64,000 nt of DNA from Planctomycetia bacterium TMED53 (GTDB lineage Bacteria > Planctomycetota > UBA8108 > UBA1146): assembly GCA_002167285.1 (NCBI GenBank), contig NHDG01000062.1, positions 804-64,803 on the forward strand, written 5' to 3'. Below are positions 1 through 9,705 of this stretch, piece after piece. How positions within the stretch are numbered: the first letter of the stretch is position 1; each line of letters starts with the position of its first letter. The translations under genes were made by a program, and so were the position numbers. The notes below the pieces were generated by a model. That model was not told where the DNA came from. It saw nothing but the letters and a program-made list of their open reading frames with translations, and searched no databases.

Positions 1-966
1 GAATTCATGCAATGTGACGTGGATCTCATCGGGGTCGATACTGCTGCAGCAGATGCGGAAATGCTGGTGATCGGTGCAGCGGTGATGGAGCGCTTTGGAG
101 TTGAGAAGTATCGCTTACGGATTAATCACCGCGGTCTTCTCACCGCGCTGTGCCGATTGGTGGGACTCGAAGGTGCCGCCGAGAGCGATTTTCTACGTAT
201 CCTCGATAAGCTGGACAAGATTGGTGAAGAGAAATTCCGTTCGGAAGTTACCTCCATCCCCGGCTTGAATACCGCCGGACTCGACAAGGTTCTCGAAGTG
301 GTTCTTTGCGACAAGGATGAGCCGAGAGAAGTTCTAGAACACGTCGCAGCAATCGTCGGTGGCGATCCAGAAGCAGGTGCGGCAGTGGAGCGGATGGGCG
401 AGATTCTCAATATCGTCGAAGCCGCGGGGATCGCAGCTTTTTGTCGAATCGATCCTGCCATTGCACGAGGTTTGAGTTACTACACCGGATTAGTCTACGA
501 GACATTCCTCGACGATCTGCCCCAGGTGGGTTCGGTGATGAGCGGAGGACGATACGATGATCTGGTTGGTATGTTCTCCGGTAAAGATCTACCAGCTATC
601 GGCATTAGTTTGGGAATCGATCGACTCTTCTATGCGCTCGGGGAGCTGAACTTACTTTCAGATCGTCAGCAGGCAGCACGGGCTTTAGTGGTTCAGTTCT
701 CAGATGATTTAGCTCCGGCGAGTTTTGCTGCCGCAGCCAAGATGCGTGGGGCAGGAATCGAGACTTTGGTCTATCCAAAAGCGGCCAAAGTTAAGAAGCA
801 GTTGCAGTTCGCCCAGAAGTCAGGAATCCCATACGTCATCGTCATCGGTGAAGAAGAATCCCGAGCCGGGACGGTTCAATTTCGTGACATGGACGCGGGC
901 TCCCAGGAAGAGATCTCCCTGGAGAGCGCCATTAGCAAAATTGATGCAGGAAGCGAATCTTCATGA
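1..966 (+). CDS. hisS: Histidine--tRNA ligase, 5'-truncated by window edge
   Basis: Frame is open from base 1 (EFMQCDVD). Contains ARGLSYYTG, GGRYDDL, class II motif 3 PAIGISLGIDRL and a C-terminal anticodon-binding domain. Confidence 0.95.
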   Translation, partial: EFMQCDVDLIGVDTAAADAEMLVIGAAVMERFGVEKYRLRINHRGLLTALCRLVGLEGAAESDFLRILDKLDKIGEEKFRSEVTSIPGLNTAGLDKVLEVVLCDKDEPREVLEHVAAIVGGDPEAGAAVERMGEILNIVEAAGIAAFCRIDPAIARGLSYYTGLVYETFLDDLPQVGSVMSGGRYDDLVGMFSGKDLPAIGISLGIDRLFYALGELNLLSDRQQAARALVVQFSDDLAPASFAAAAKMRGAGIETLVYPKAAKVKKQLQFAQKSGIPYVIVIGEEESRAGTVQFRDMDAGSQEEISLESAISKIDAGSESS

Positions 967-1796
967 ACGCGGTGACTACCACAGATCATGGTGAGATTCA
1001 GGTTTCTCCTGACAGGTGTCTGCGCTACTCGGTGTTTACTCCTGCTCAAGGAGATGCCGCAGCGACGGTACTGTTTATCCCCGGGTTCAAAGGCTTCAAA
1101 GATTGGGGCGGTTGGCCGTGGTTCTGTCGCAGCATCTCGGCAGCGGGGTATCGGGTTATTTCGATCAATCCCTCCATGTGTGGAGTCGGTGCTGCGCTTA
1201 ACGAATTTGATGAGCCCGAGAAATTTGCTCTCCAGACGCTGAGCCACGATCTTGAGGACGTCGCTTGCTTGTTGTCTTCGGAGGATTTGATTTCTGATCA
1301 GCCATTAGTCGTCATCGGTCACTCTCGCGGAGGGATTGTTGCATCATTAGCAGCAGCAGCTCACCCTGTAATTCAAGCAGTTGTGACAATGGGAACCCCA
1401 CATGACCTGATGCGGCTCGATTCGGAAGAACTAGAGGCTTGGCAGAAGCGTGGCTTTCGTGAAATCGTCAATGCGAGAACTGGAGAAGTTCTTCAGCAGG
1501 ATGTTTCAGTGTTGAAGGATTACCAGAATCACTCTACCAGTTACGATCCTGTAAGGGCGTTGGCGAGCAGGGTTCTTCCAGTTCTTGGAATCCATGGTAC
1601 TGCTGATCCGGCGGTTCCGATGAGTTCACTGGATCTGTTGTTTCCCACTGATGGAAATCCAGAGTCCCGCAAAGTCTGTATCGAGGGAGCCGGGCACACC
1701 TTCGGTATGGTTCATCCTCATCAAGGTCCTCATGATCACGCCGAAGAGGTGCTGGAAATTTTGAGTGGTTGGCTTGGAGAGGTGATCCAGCGATGA
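963..1796 (+). CDS. Alpha/beta hydrolase
   Basis: Nucleophile elbow GHSRG, Asp in GTADPAV, His in GAGHTF. ATGA overlap with hisS. Confidence 0.85.
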   Translation: MNAVTTTDHGEIQVSPDRCLRYSVFTPAQGDAAATVLFIPGFKGFKDWGGWPWFCRSISAAGYRVISINPSMCGVGAALNEFDEPEKFALQTLSHDLEDVACLLSSEDLISDQPLVVIGHSRGGIVASLAAAAHPVIQAVVTMGTPHDLMRLDSEELEAWQKRGFREIVNARTGEVLQQDVSVLKDYQNHSTSYDPVRALASRVLPVLGIHGTADPAVPMSSLDLLFPTDGNPESRKVCIEGAGHTFGMVHPHQGPHDHAEEVLEILSGWLGEVIQR

Positions 1797-2884
1797 AGAT
1801 ATACCCTGCTTACGATCCACCGGAGTATCGGGATTGGCAACCGGACCCGCAGATCATGTCCGAATATGCCGCGCGTATGGAAGAACCGGAAATCGCAGCG
1901 AGTTTAAAAACGCTGGGGGATTCCGGATTGGAAGAGTTGTATCGCGGCTTGATTCGGGCACGGATCCACGACATCACTCTCAAGCGTTGGGTGCGTACAG
2001 GAGTCATCACAAAGGCTTGGCTTGGAACTGGTGAAGAGGCGGTCACCGTCGGGGCTTGTCATGCTCTAGGAGAAGGGGACGTCGTTGGACCGATGATTCG
2101 GAATGCGGCCGCCACCTTTGAGCGTGGATTACCGATGGAGGAATCGTTCCGTTCTTACTTGGCCACTGGCGATGGATTAACCAAGGGTAGAGATCTTCAT
2201 TTTGGTGATCTACGCCACGGAGTCGTTGCGCCGATCAGCCATGTCGGTGATCTAGTTCCCGTTTGTGCCGGATTTGCTCTGACATTTCAGTTACGTCAAG
2301 AGCAGCGGGTGGCGATCACCTGGGTTGGAGATGGATCGACGCGAACAGGGGCAGTCCATGAGGGGTTGTCTCTTGCTTCTTCCAGACGCCTGCCATTGAT
2401 CGTGATGGTTCAGGACAATGCTGTGGCATTGGGAACTCGCAGGGATCCACGCCTCGATGACAGTTTACGTGGAATGGCCGCTTCTTACGGAGTCACAGGC
2501 CTCGAATGTGATGGCAATCACATCTTGGATGCCCACTCTTGCGTTCGACAGGCTCGTGAGATTTGCCTCGCGGGAGAGGGACCAGTGGTCATCTTGGCGC
2601 GTACCTTCCGCTTTGGAGGTCACGCTACTCATGACGAAGCGGAAGCTCGCGCAATCTTCAGCGATTCTGATTTTCACCAGTGGGCTCTGAAGGAGCCGAT
2701 TGGGTGTTACGAGACTTGGCTGAAGACGGTTCATATGAGTCAAGTTACCAATGCCGATGAGCAATTAGCGGAGTGGGAATCTGAAGAGACTTCTAAGGTA
2801 GAAGTGTTGGCGGAGAACGCAGTCGCCAGCCGTGAACACTATCCTCCAGATCCCGATCAAATGCTGGGCGATGTTTTCGCCTGA
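1793..2884 (+). CDS. TPP-dependent 2-oxoacid dehydrogenase E1 alpha subunit family
   Basis: TPP motif GDG...DN (VGDGSTRTG...VQDN) and GGHATHD loop. Start moved to the ATG overlapping the upstream stop. Confidence 0.85.
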   Translation: MKIYPAYDPPEYRDWQPDPQIMSEYAARMEEPEIAASLKTLGDSGLEELYRGLIRARIHDITLKRWVRTGVITKAWLGTGEEAVTVGACHALGEGDVVGPMIRNAAATFERGLPMEESFRSYLATGDGLTKGRDLHFGDLRHGVVAPISHVGDLVPVCAGFALTFQLRQEQRVAITWVGDGSTRTGAVHEGLSLASSRRLPLIVMVQDNAVALGTRRDPRLDDSLRGMAASYGVTGLECDGNHILDAHSCVRQAREICLAGEGPVVILARTFRFGGHATHDEAEARAIFSDSDFHQWALKEPIGCYETWLKTVHMSQVTNADEQLAEWESEETSKVEVLAENAVASREHYPPDPDQMLGDVFA

Positions 2885-2933
2885 ATTCAACGGATCATCG
2901 GTTGAGGTTTTGAGCCGAGATTCTGGATTGGGA

Positions 2934-3311
2934 TTAGGAGCCGGTGCAGGATTCAGAATCCTGGGCGGCTGGAGCGGGAGTGTTCTCCACACTGAATGAG
3001 GTTCCGCAGCCACATGCGCCGTTGGCATTGGGGTTCTCAAAGACGAAGCCGCGTCCCATCAGAGACTCTTTGAAATCGACGGTTGTTCCATTGAGAAAGA
3101 GCCAAGATTTGGGGTCAACGAAGACTCGCGCCCCTTCAACTTCGAAGACTCTGTCCTTTTCGTCAGCGTTTTCGACGACATCCATGCCGTATGACATGCC
3201 CGCACAGCCACCACCCTGGACATATAGACGTAATCCGCCCTCTTCTCCCACAGCCTTCTCGCTGGTGAGACGAAGGATCTCCTTGCCGGCAGCTTCGGTG
3301 ACATGAATCAT
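2934..3311 (-). CDS. A-type Fe-S carrier (IscA/ErpA/HesB family)
   Basis: GGCAG and CGCG motifs. RBS AGGAGG upstream. Confidence 0.93.
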   Translation of the reverse strand: MIHVTEAAGKEILRLTSEKAVGEEGGLRLYVQGGGCAGMSYGMDVVENADEKDRVFEVEGARVFVDPKSWLFLNGTTVDFKESLMGRGFVFENPNANGACGCGTSFSVENTPAPAAQDSESCTGS

Positions 3312-3421
3312 GGCATCCTCCTGTTCAATTCAGGATTCATCATACCCCCGAAGTGGATTTGTGCCATCTTTGCCAGCGAAATAAGATCGGTCGGTGACCG
3401 ATCCAGAATCGAGATGAAGAT

Positions 3422-4387
3422 TTGCTGAAATTGACCCGCAGAGCTCTGAACCGTTTCAGGGCAGCGATTCTGCGCGGATTACTGGCGCTATTATGCTTTC
3501 CTGCTCCAAGGAAGGCACCACGCTGGGGTAGGCGGTTGGGTCAACTGTGTTGGCTTTTGCTGAGGCGTGAACGGCAACGGTCAATTCTACAATTACAGCG
3601 CTTGGACCCGGCGATCAGTCGGTCAACGCGTCGCTCCATCGCGAGAAGTAACTTTCTCCATTTGGGTGAGGCACTGGTGACCGGTTGCAGTCTCTCAGAG
3701 AGAAGTGGGGGGAGTCCAGTCTTCGATCACTCCGAAAATGGAGTTCGAATCGAAGGAGTGGATGAGCTCCGTCAAAAAATCGATTCCCTTTGTGGCGAAG
3801 GGGGAGTCATCGGAGTGTCCGGCCATCTTGGTGCTTGGGAGTTAGCCGCTGCTGTGACTTGTGGGCTGGGGCACTCGATTATGGCCAAGAGATACAACGA
3901 CCCAGTTGAACAAGAGCTGGTCGCAGGGATCCGCGAGCGATTGGGGATTCTACCGATCTACCAAGATCAATCTTTGCTGCGTGTACTGCGGTTATTAAAC
4001 GATCAACGAATGGTAACAATGCTGGTCGATTTGGATATTCGGGCGATGGGTGGGATTCATGTCCCATTCCTGAATGAATCAGCTCATACAACGACCGCTC
4101 CTGCAAGATTGATGCTGAAAACTGGAGCAACGATGTTGCCTTACTTTCTCATCAAATCTTCAAATCACTATCGATTTGAAGTGGACGAGCCTATTCGATT
4201 GAGTGACTTGAACTCGCAAAGTGATACCGAAGATCAGATTCGTCAATTGACCATCCAGATGAACCAATCGATTGAGAGAGCGATTCGCAGGCATCCGGAA
4301 CAGTGGGTATGGATGCACACGCGGTGGAAATCTACTCCTGAAGTGATTCAAGCCCGAAAGTTACGCCCAGCTGCGCCACAAGGGTGA
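3422..4387 (+). CDS. Lipid A late acyltransferase (LpxL/HtrB family)
   Basis: HxxxxE motif GHLGAWE, LVDLD, VPFL, HPEQWVWMHTRWK terminus. Confidence 0.85.
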   Translation: MLKLTRRALNRFRAAILRGLLALLCFPAPRKAPRWGRRLGQLCWLLLRRERQRSILQLQRLDPAISRSTRRSIARSNFLHLGEALVTGCSLSERSGGSPVFDHSENGVRIEGVDELRQKIDSLCGEGGVIGVSGHLGAWELAAAVTCGLGHSIMAKRYNDPVEQELVAGIRERLGILPIYQDQSLLRVLRLLNDQRMVTMLVDLDIRAMGGIHVPFLNESAHTTTAPARLMLKTGATMLPYFLIKSSNHYRFEVDEPIRLSDLNSQSDTEDQIRQLTIQMNQSIERAIRRHPEQWVWMHTRWKSTPEVIQARKLRPAAPQG

Positions 4388-4441
4388 GGTTTCAGGGGCA
4401 AATCTCACCAGCAATTCGCAGCAGTAGACTTTATTGCCGCC

Positions 4442-4470
4442 TTGAGTGAACACTGGAGCGCAACTACCAT
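4442..4470 (+). promoter_or_regulatory. Sigma70-like promoter
   Basis: TTGAGT-N17-TACCAT about 90 nt upstream of the 4563 start. Confidence 0.5.
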
Positions 4471-4562
4471 GATCGGGTGCTGAACGACCCCACTTGAGCG
4501 CAGGCGAATCGGTCGCCACGGCAGGTACCAGATAGAGTCAAGCAGCAGACAGAGGAGTCCTC

Positions 4563-5474
4563 ATGAGCTTTTTCGTTCCGGCTTCGGCCTCAGATCTAAC
4601 TTTGACCCCATATGTCCGGGCTATTTTGCTTTCGATGATCGCATTGGGGTGTTTGCTTCCGGCAAATGCTCATGCACAGGACGCTCCCGAGCTTGCGTGG
4701 AAGAAACCTGAAGGCGCGGTTCATTTTGATGAAGGTCGTGCTGCTTTTGAGGCCAAGGATTTTGCCAAAGCGGTTGAAAAGTTTAAGGCTGCTCGCAAGC
4801 AAGCGAAGAATCGCACGACTCGCATGTACATCGACAATTGGTTGTTGGCCACAGAAGGTGCCAATGAGCTGAACGCATTACAGCAGCAAGCGAAGCAGGG
4901 CAAAGAGTCTGCCGCATATCGTATCGGTGCAAAAAATTATCCTCGATATGCCCAGTCTCCAATCGGACCGGAGTACAAGAAATTTCTTACCGAAATGGAA
5001 TCAAAGCTTTTTGTCGTTCTCGACGACTTTGAGAGAGTCTCTAAGAGGTATTCGGAAAAGTTTGGTAAGAAATTCATCGACGACCCTAAGTTGGTTCAAC
5101 AGGGGAAGAGGGCTCTCGAATGGAAGGTCAGCTCCAAAGCCAATGAGCTGAAGATCAAATCATTGCCACGCAATATGGACTCCTTCAAGTCGCTGGTGAT
5201 GTACTTGGATATGCCCGCTGGTGGATCTGCTTATCAAATGGTCTTCGTCGTACCAGGAACCAGCGATGAGGGATTGTCAAAGGTGACTACGGTTCAAAAT
5301 GCATTTATCGCGCAAATGAAATCCCATCGTGGACTGAAGCGGATCGAAGTTCCTCTGAAAAACTTTAAAGGACAGGGGAATGTGGATTGGGCCCGGGTGA
5401 AAGATTTCCGTATCCAATTCTTGGGTGGAAAGAAGTTCACCGCTTATATCGACTTTATCGCCCTGCAGAAGTGA
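4563..5474 (+). CDS. Secreted hypothetical protein; TPR-like helix plus possible CBM11/CIA30-like C-terminal domain
   Basis: Hydrophobic signal ending ANAHA-QD, TPR-like FDEGRAAFEAKDFAKAVEKF, C-terminal EVPLKNF...VDWARVKDFRIQF. RBS GAGGAG. Confidence 0.7.
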   Translation: MSFFVPASASDLTLTPYVRAILLSMIALGCLLPANAHAQDAPELAWKKPEGAVHFDEGRAAFEAKDFAKAVEKFKAARKQAKNRTTRMYIDNWLLATEGANELNALQQQAKQGKESAAYRIGAKNYPRYAQSPIGPEYKKFLTEMESKLFVVLDDFERVSKRYSEKFGKKFIDDPKLVQQGKRALEWKVSSKANELKIKSLPRNMDSFKSLVMYLDMPAGGSAYQMVFVVPGTSDEGLSKVTTVQNAFIAQMKSHRGLKRIEVPLKNFKGQGNVDWARVKDFRIQFLGGKKFTAYIDFIALQK

Positions 5475-6234
5475 GGCCGCTACTTCCCAATGGGGAGGTC
5501 CCGGTTCCTTTCTTCCACAGTGCGTCGAAGTTTTCCTCAGCGGAGCTGGTCGCTTTATCGAGTGCGACTCCCAGCTCGGTAGAGGGATTTGAATCCTCTC
5601 TCCTGTGGGTTCCCGGGTAGACCGGTTGGCCGACGACGATGACAGCCCTCGAGCCTGGGTAAGGAATGATCATCCGATCCCAGGTATTTAATCGAGTGTG
5701 TTTTTCTACCGCAAAGCCGATGGGGATCATCGGAATTTGTAGTCGTCTTGCCAGCGCTGCAGCACCTTCTTTTGCGACACGTGGGGGCCCTTTAGGTCCG
5801 TCAACGGAGATGACCGGTGACAATCCGCTCCTCGCCAACGTTTCTAATTCTTGAAAGCCACGGAGACCCCCCCTTGAGCTTGATCCGTGACAAACTTCCA
5901 CCCCCAGGTAGCGCAGTGCTGAGCCGAGGCGTGCGCCATCGTGATGGCGACTAGTGAGGGCGCAAAAGCCGTTCGACTTCAATGTGTAGCTGAGAGGGAG
6001 AACCCATTCGTGCCAAAAGGTCACAACTAGATTACTGTGGCTTGCCAGTGCAGAGATGGCGTTCTGCCCCCCTGACCAACGAAGATTGAGGGATTGCATC
6101 GTAGCATCGATGAATCCAGCAATGATGCGTCCACTCAGCGGATAGGGGTGGTCGTCCTGAGATCGTCTAATTCCTGAATTGAGCATTTCGTCAGCATCCG
6201 GTGAGGAGTAGGGCTGGGTCAAGTGGGAGTTCAT
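5455..6234 (-). CDS. DUF374 (LpxJ-like) acyltransferase
   Basis: FWH, SRHHDG and VDGPKGP motifs. Start set at the ATG overlapping the upstream stop. Confidence 0.8.
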   Translation of the reverse strand: MNSHLTQPYSSPDADEMLNSGIRRSQDDHPYPLSGRIIAGFIDATMQSLNLRWSGGQNAISALASHSNLVVTFWHEWVLPLSYTLKSNGFCALTSRHHDGARLGSALRYLGVEVCHGSSSRGGLRGFQELETLARSGLSPVISVDGPKGPPRVAKEGAAALARRLQIPMIPIGFAVEKHTRLNTWDRMIIPYPGSRAVIVVGQPVYPGTHRREDSNPSTELGVALDKATSSAEENFDALWKKGTGTSPLGSSGLTSAGR

Positions 6235-7307
6235 CTCTGGAGTGTATTCGTCTTGAGTAACTGGTCGATTCCCGATCGAACCATCGCCACTGTCAGGGAA
6301 GACATGCAAACGGAGTGATCACATCTTCTTAACAAGCAGGGGGAGCAGGGTACGCCTGATCGGAGCACCATGCTATTGGTCCCAGTGGGGCCATGAATCG
6401 CAGGGTCTTTGGGTCCATACAATCCCATTGCCGGAATCCCCAACAATGAGGCGAGATGAATGATTCCAGTATCCGCTGCGACCACCGCTCGGCTTTGTTG
6501 TACTAATGCCGCTAGATCCGCGGTGTTTTGAGTCTCTGGAGCGACGGCAACGCTAGAGCCGACCTCGAGGGCAAGTTGTGCGAGGGATTCTCTTTCCCCA
6601 GGACCTCCAGAAAGCCAAACCACATGCCCAGCTTCAGTGAGCTCCGCAGCAAGCTCTTTCCAATATGTGAGGGGCCACTCCTTGAATCTTCCGAACGCAC
6701 TAACGAAGGGGTGAAGGAGCAGCGGTACTGCTGCGAGTTCTTTATCAGTCAGGGTAAGAGAAGAATCAGCGATAGAGATTTCACCCTGGGGAGTTTCCCC
6801 GGAATAACCCAACTCCCTGACCAGATGCATTGCTCGCTCGATGCGATGCACTCTTCCGGCAGCCTTTCTGGGCCGCCATCCGTACCACCACTTTGGGAGC
6901 TCGCCTCCATCAGCTGGGTGCAATTGAAGAACGTGACGGTGTCGGGTTTGCATTCGGATAAAGGCGGAGCGTAGGTTCGACTGCCAATCGACGATGAGAT
7001 CATAATAATTTTGATGCAAGATTGAGCGTAAATCAGCGAGTTGTTCCCGCGCTTGACCGCGAGTTTCAGCTGTTCGCCAATGCCGACGAATCTCTGTCCT
7101 CGGGAAGCAAATCACGTTTTTCAACCGTGGATGGCGACGGAGCAAAGGGAATGAGAGGGATTCGGTGACGGCATCGATTTCAGCGTCAGGAAACAACCTG
7201 CCGAGGGCCTCTAGGGCAGGCATTGCCTGAACTACGTCACCGAGGGCACTAAGCCGGATGACGAGGATTCGCTGCGGTGACAGGGGTTCACTGGGAAGTG
7301 GTCTCAC
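6231..7307 (-). CDS. Glycosyltransferase family 9 (LPS heptosyltransferase-like)
   Basis: ILVIRLSALGDVV, FGRFKEWP, DTGIIHLA, LYGP, C-terminal CxPC...C...C. Probable GTG start at 7307; ORF is open to 7403. Confidence 0.88.
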   Translation of the reverse strand: MRPLPSEPLSPQRILVIRLSALGDVVQAMPALEALGRLFPDAEIDAVTESLSFPLLRRHPRLKNVICFPRTEIRRHWRTAETRGQAREQLADLRSILHQNYYDLIVDWQSNLRSAFIRMQTRHRHVLQLHPADGGELPKWWYGWRPRKAAGRVHRIERAMHLVRELGYSGETPQGEISIADSSLTLTDKELAAVPLLLHPFVSAFGRFKEWPLTYWKELAAELTEAGHVVWLSGGPGERESLAQLALEVGSSVAVAPETQNTADLAALVQQSRAVVAADTGIIHLASLLGIPAMGLYGPKDPAIHGPTGTNSMVLRSGVPCSPCLLRRCDHSVCMSSLTVAMVRSGIDQLLKTNTLQR

Positions 7308-7432
7308 AAGGGTTAGAATGACCTCTGAGAGCAGGGAAATAAACCTGAAACAGGGATATCCCCCGCAGTGATTCCAGAGGATCATCCATAGAGGATCCTC
7401 CACGGGGAATCAGTGGCGGGTCTGACCAATTC

Positions 7433-8560
7433 TTGATGGAGGCTGATTTGAGTGTCTTGTTAGGACTCGAACTCTCAGGAAATACCCTTTCCCTCCAGGC
7501 GGTGGATCGTAAAGGCACCGTTTTGGCGGTAATCGAGGAGCAGGTCTCAGCCTCTTTTTCCGAGGATTGGCGCACCCATCCCGATGAAAAAGTTCGAGCA
7601 GTGCGGGCGTTGCTGCAGCATTCATTGGAGCAGGGCAAGATTCGGCCTGGCTCTATCGCAGCGATCGGAGTGGCCTGTGAAAGTGGATTGGTGCTCGTCG
7701 ACGCAGAGATGGAACCGGTTCCGCCCAGGGCGATTGGCTGGACAGAAGATCAACCACCATCACAAAATTTGCATCAGCGCATCCCAGAGACCCTCGCAGC
7801 TCAACCGGGATTGACTCGCAGTTTAGTGGCCGTTTTGGATGTTCAAGATTGGTTGCGATACCGGTGGACCGGTGCATTGGCTACGACGACGGTATTTGCA
7901 TGGCAATCCGGTTTAATCCCAGGTCATCACTCCATCGAAAGATGGGATCCAGCCAAGGTCGACTCAGTGGGGCTCGTCTCTGGACAACTTCCACCGGTGA
8001 TGCCTGGATACCAGAGAGTGGGTATCCTCCAGGAAAGCATCGTTCGAGAGACGGGATTGCCCCGTGGAACCTGGTTTATGGCTGGAACTACACCCCTCGC
8101 AGCAAGGCTTTGGATGGCTTGTGAACCGATGGCCGGTCAGCGCATCGTTTCGCTAGAGGAAAACAAAGCACAGTGTTGGAAAGTGGTTTCAGCCGCCGAT
8201 TTTACTGGGGAGCAGCATTCTGCGCTTCCAGCTCCTCACGGTGATCACTGGTACGTGTTGGAGGAGTCTCCTTGCGCCGATCCACGGAAGGGTGATTCGC
8301 CGGAAACAGATGTGATTTACGACTCCAGCGATGCTTCGATCTCCCTCGATTGGGAAGGAGATGCGAATGAAATCAAGTTGTCGGCAGATTTCGGTCGTCG
8401 TTCAAGGGGCCCCGCTCTATTGGCAGGGGTCGGATTAGGTTGGTTTAGGGATATGAAGCCGTTTTGGCGCAAGCGCTGCCCGATTCAATCCCTCTCCCAG
8501 TGGCGTGAATCGAATGCGAGCTCAGGAGTTCCCCGTGATGAGCAGGGGGATTCTGCATGA
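7433..8560 (+). CDS. Degenerate FGGY-family sugar-kinase-like protein
   Basis: N-terminal GLELSG strand, AAIGVAC, DWLRYRWTG and LPPV...VG match the FGGY N-domain. Key Asp residues and the C-domain are not conserved. Confidence 0.6.
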   Translation: MMEADLSVLLGLELSGNTLSLQAVDRKGTVLAVIEEQVSASFSEDWRTHPDEKVRAVRALLQHSLEQGKIRPGSIAAIGVACESGLVLVDAEMEPVPPRAIGWTEDQPPSQNLHQRIPETLAAQPGLTRSLVAVLDVQDWLRYRWTGALATTTVFAWQSGLIPGHHSIERWDPAKVDSVGLVSGQLPPVMPGYQRVGILQESIVRETGLPRGTWFMAGTTPLAARLWMACEPMAGQRIVSLEENKAQCWKVVSAADFTGEQHSALPAPHGDHWYVLEESPCADPRKGDSPETDVIYDSSDASISLDWEGDANEIKLSADFGRRSRGPALLAGVGLGWFRDMKPFWRKRCPIQSLSQWRESNASSGVPRDEQGDSA

Positions 8561-9579
8561 AGCCGGTGACCACTCTCAAAGAGCAACTGCGGGATCGGTT
8601 TCGGGGTTGCATCCTAGGGGCAGCGGTAGGAAGTGCTCTAGGGTTTCCCCACGGAGGTTCCTCACGAATCTTTATGCGTGCTCTGGGAAATGAGGCCGTC
8701 GATGCTTATGTCAGGCATCGCAGCGGCTACTTCCCTGAGGGGCAACATGGCGCCGCTGTTCAGCTACTTTCACTCGCCTCCCGGGCCATCGCTCGTGAAG
8801 GAGTGATTCGAGAGATTACCATCGTTGAAGAGTGGATTCCTCTGTGGCGGGAAAATCGCATGATCGAACGCCTCGCGGATGTGGATAGCGCGATGTCCCG
8901 CTGGCTACGTCAAGGCAGTCAAGCTCGGGGTTGTGCTTGCCCTCCTGGTGAAGATGGTGCTTCAGCATTGCTGTGCAGTATTCTGGTTGGATTGTGGTGT
9001 CACGATTCTCCGGAAGAGTTGGTCGAAAATGTCGATCGACTGACAGGAATCACTCACGAGGACACTCGGGTGCGCGCTGTTAATGCTGCGATCGCAACCA
9101 TCGTCGCCCACTGCCTAACCCATCATGAAATTGTTCTGGGTGTTGTCCTGGACAGTGCAGCAGCTGCTGCAAGCAGAATCGATGGGGAGGTGGCTGAAGC
9201 GATACAGCAGATTCCTGCTCTACTGACATTAAATGAGAAGGATGCATTTCTACGTTTGGCTTCAGTCGGCGAAGAAAGTGAAGTTTCAGCGGATCGGGAG
9301 GGGGTAGAAGATCGTTCTCTCCCTGTCTTCATGGTGGCACTAAACTCCTGGTTGAGAGATCCGGCTTCTCCTCGATCGGTGCTGATGTCATGCCTGCAGT
9401 CTGGTGGCGCGGTTCAATTGACCGCTGCATTGGGAGGGGCGTTGGCAGGTGCATGCTGTGGTGAGTCCGGATTACCTTCTGATTTGATCAAAGGATTGCT
9501 GGAAGCGGATGAATTGAGACTCGATGCGGATCAGTTTTATGATCGCCAGCAATTGGAAAGAAGACGAAGAGATCTCTAG
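8557..9579 (+). CDS. ADP-ribosylglycohydrolase (DraG/ARH)-fold protein, catalytic acids missing
   Basis: RFRGCILGAAVGSALG, ITH and AALGGALAGA..G..GLP scaffold motifs. ATGA overlap with the upstream gene. Confidence 0.82.
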   Translation: MKPVTTLKEQLRDRFRGCILGAAVGSALGFPHGGSSRIFMRALGNEAVDAYVRHRSGYFPEGQHGAAVQLLSLASRAIAREGVIREITIVEEWIPLWRENRMIERLADVDSAMSRWLRQGSQARGCACPPGEDGASALLCSILVGLWCHDSPEELVENVDRLTGITHEDTRVRAVNAAIATIVAHCLTHHEIVLGVVLDSAAAAASRIDGEVAEAIQQIPALLTLNEKDAFLRLASVGEESEVSADREGVEDRSLPVFMVALNSWLRDPASPRSVLMSCLQSGGAVQLTAALGGALAGACCGESGLPSDLIKGLLEADELRLDADQFYDRQQLERRRRDL

Positions 9580-9705
9580 TCCAGGTTATCCTGGAGACCT
9601 CTTTGACCAGCGGATCGCTATCGAGGTTTGCTGATTTATGACCGGAAGCGGTCAGCGGTTAATTTTTGTGGTGAGTTTGAGATCACTCGTACCCTAGGAG
9701 GTTAT

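Noticed and set aside
7377-7400. GAGGATC-N10-GATCCTC palindrome between divergent genes
   Set aside because: A single short instance with no matching promoter or second copy, so too weak to call.
9628-9665. Possible c-di-GMP riboswitch before the MshEN-like gene
   Set aside because: Only one 6-bp hairpin is present, and the conserved class I/II elements are absent.
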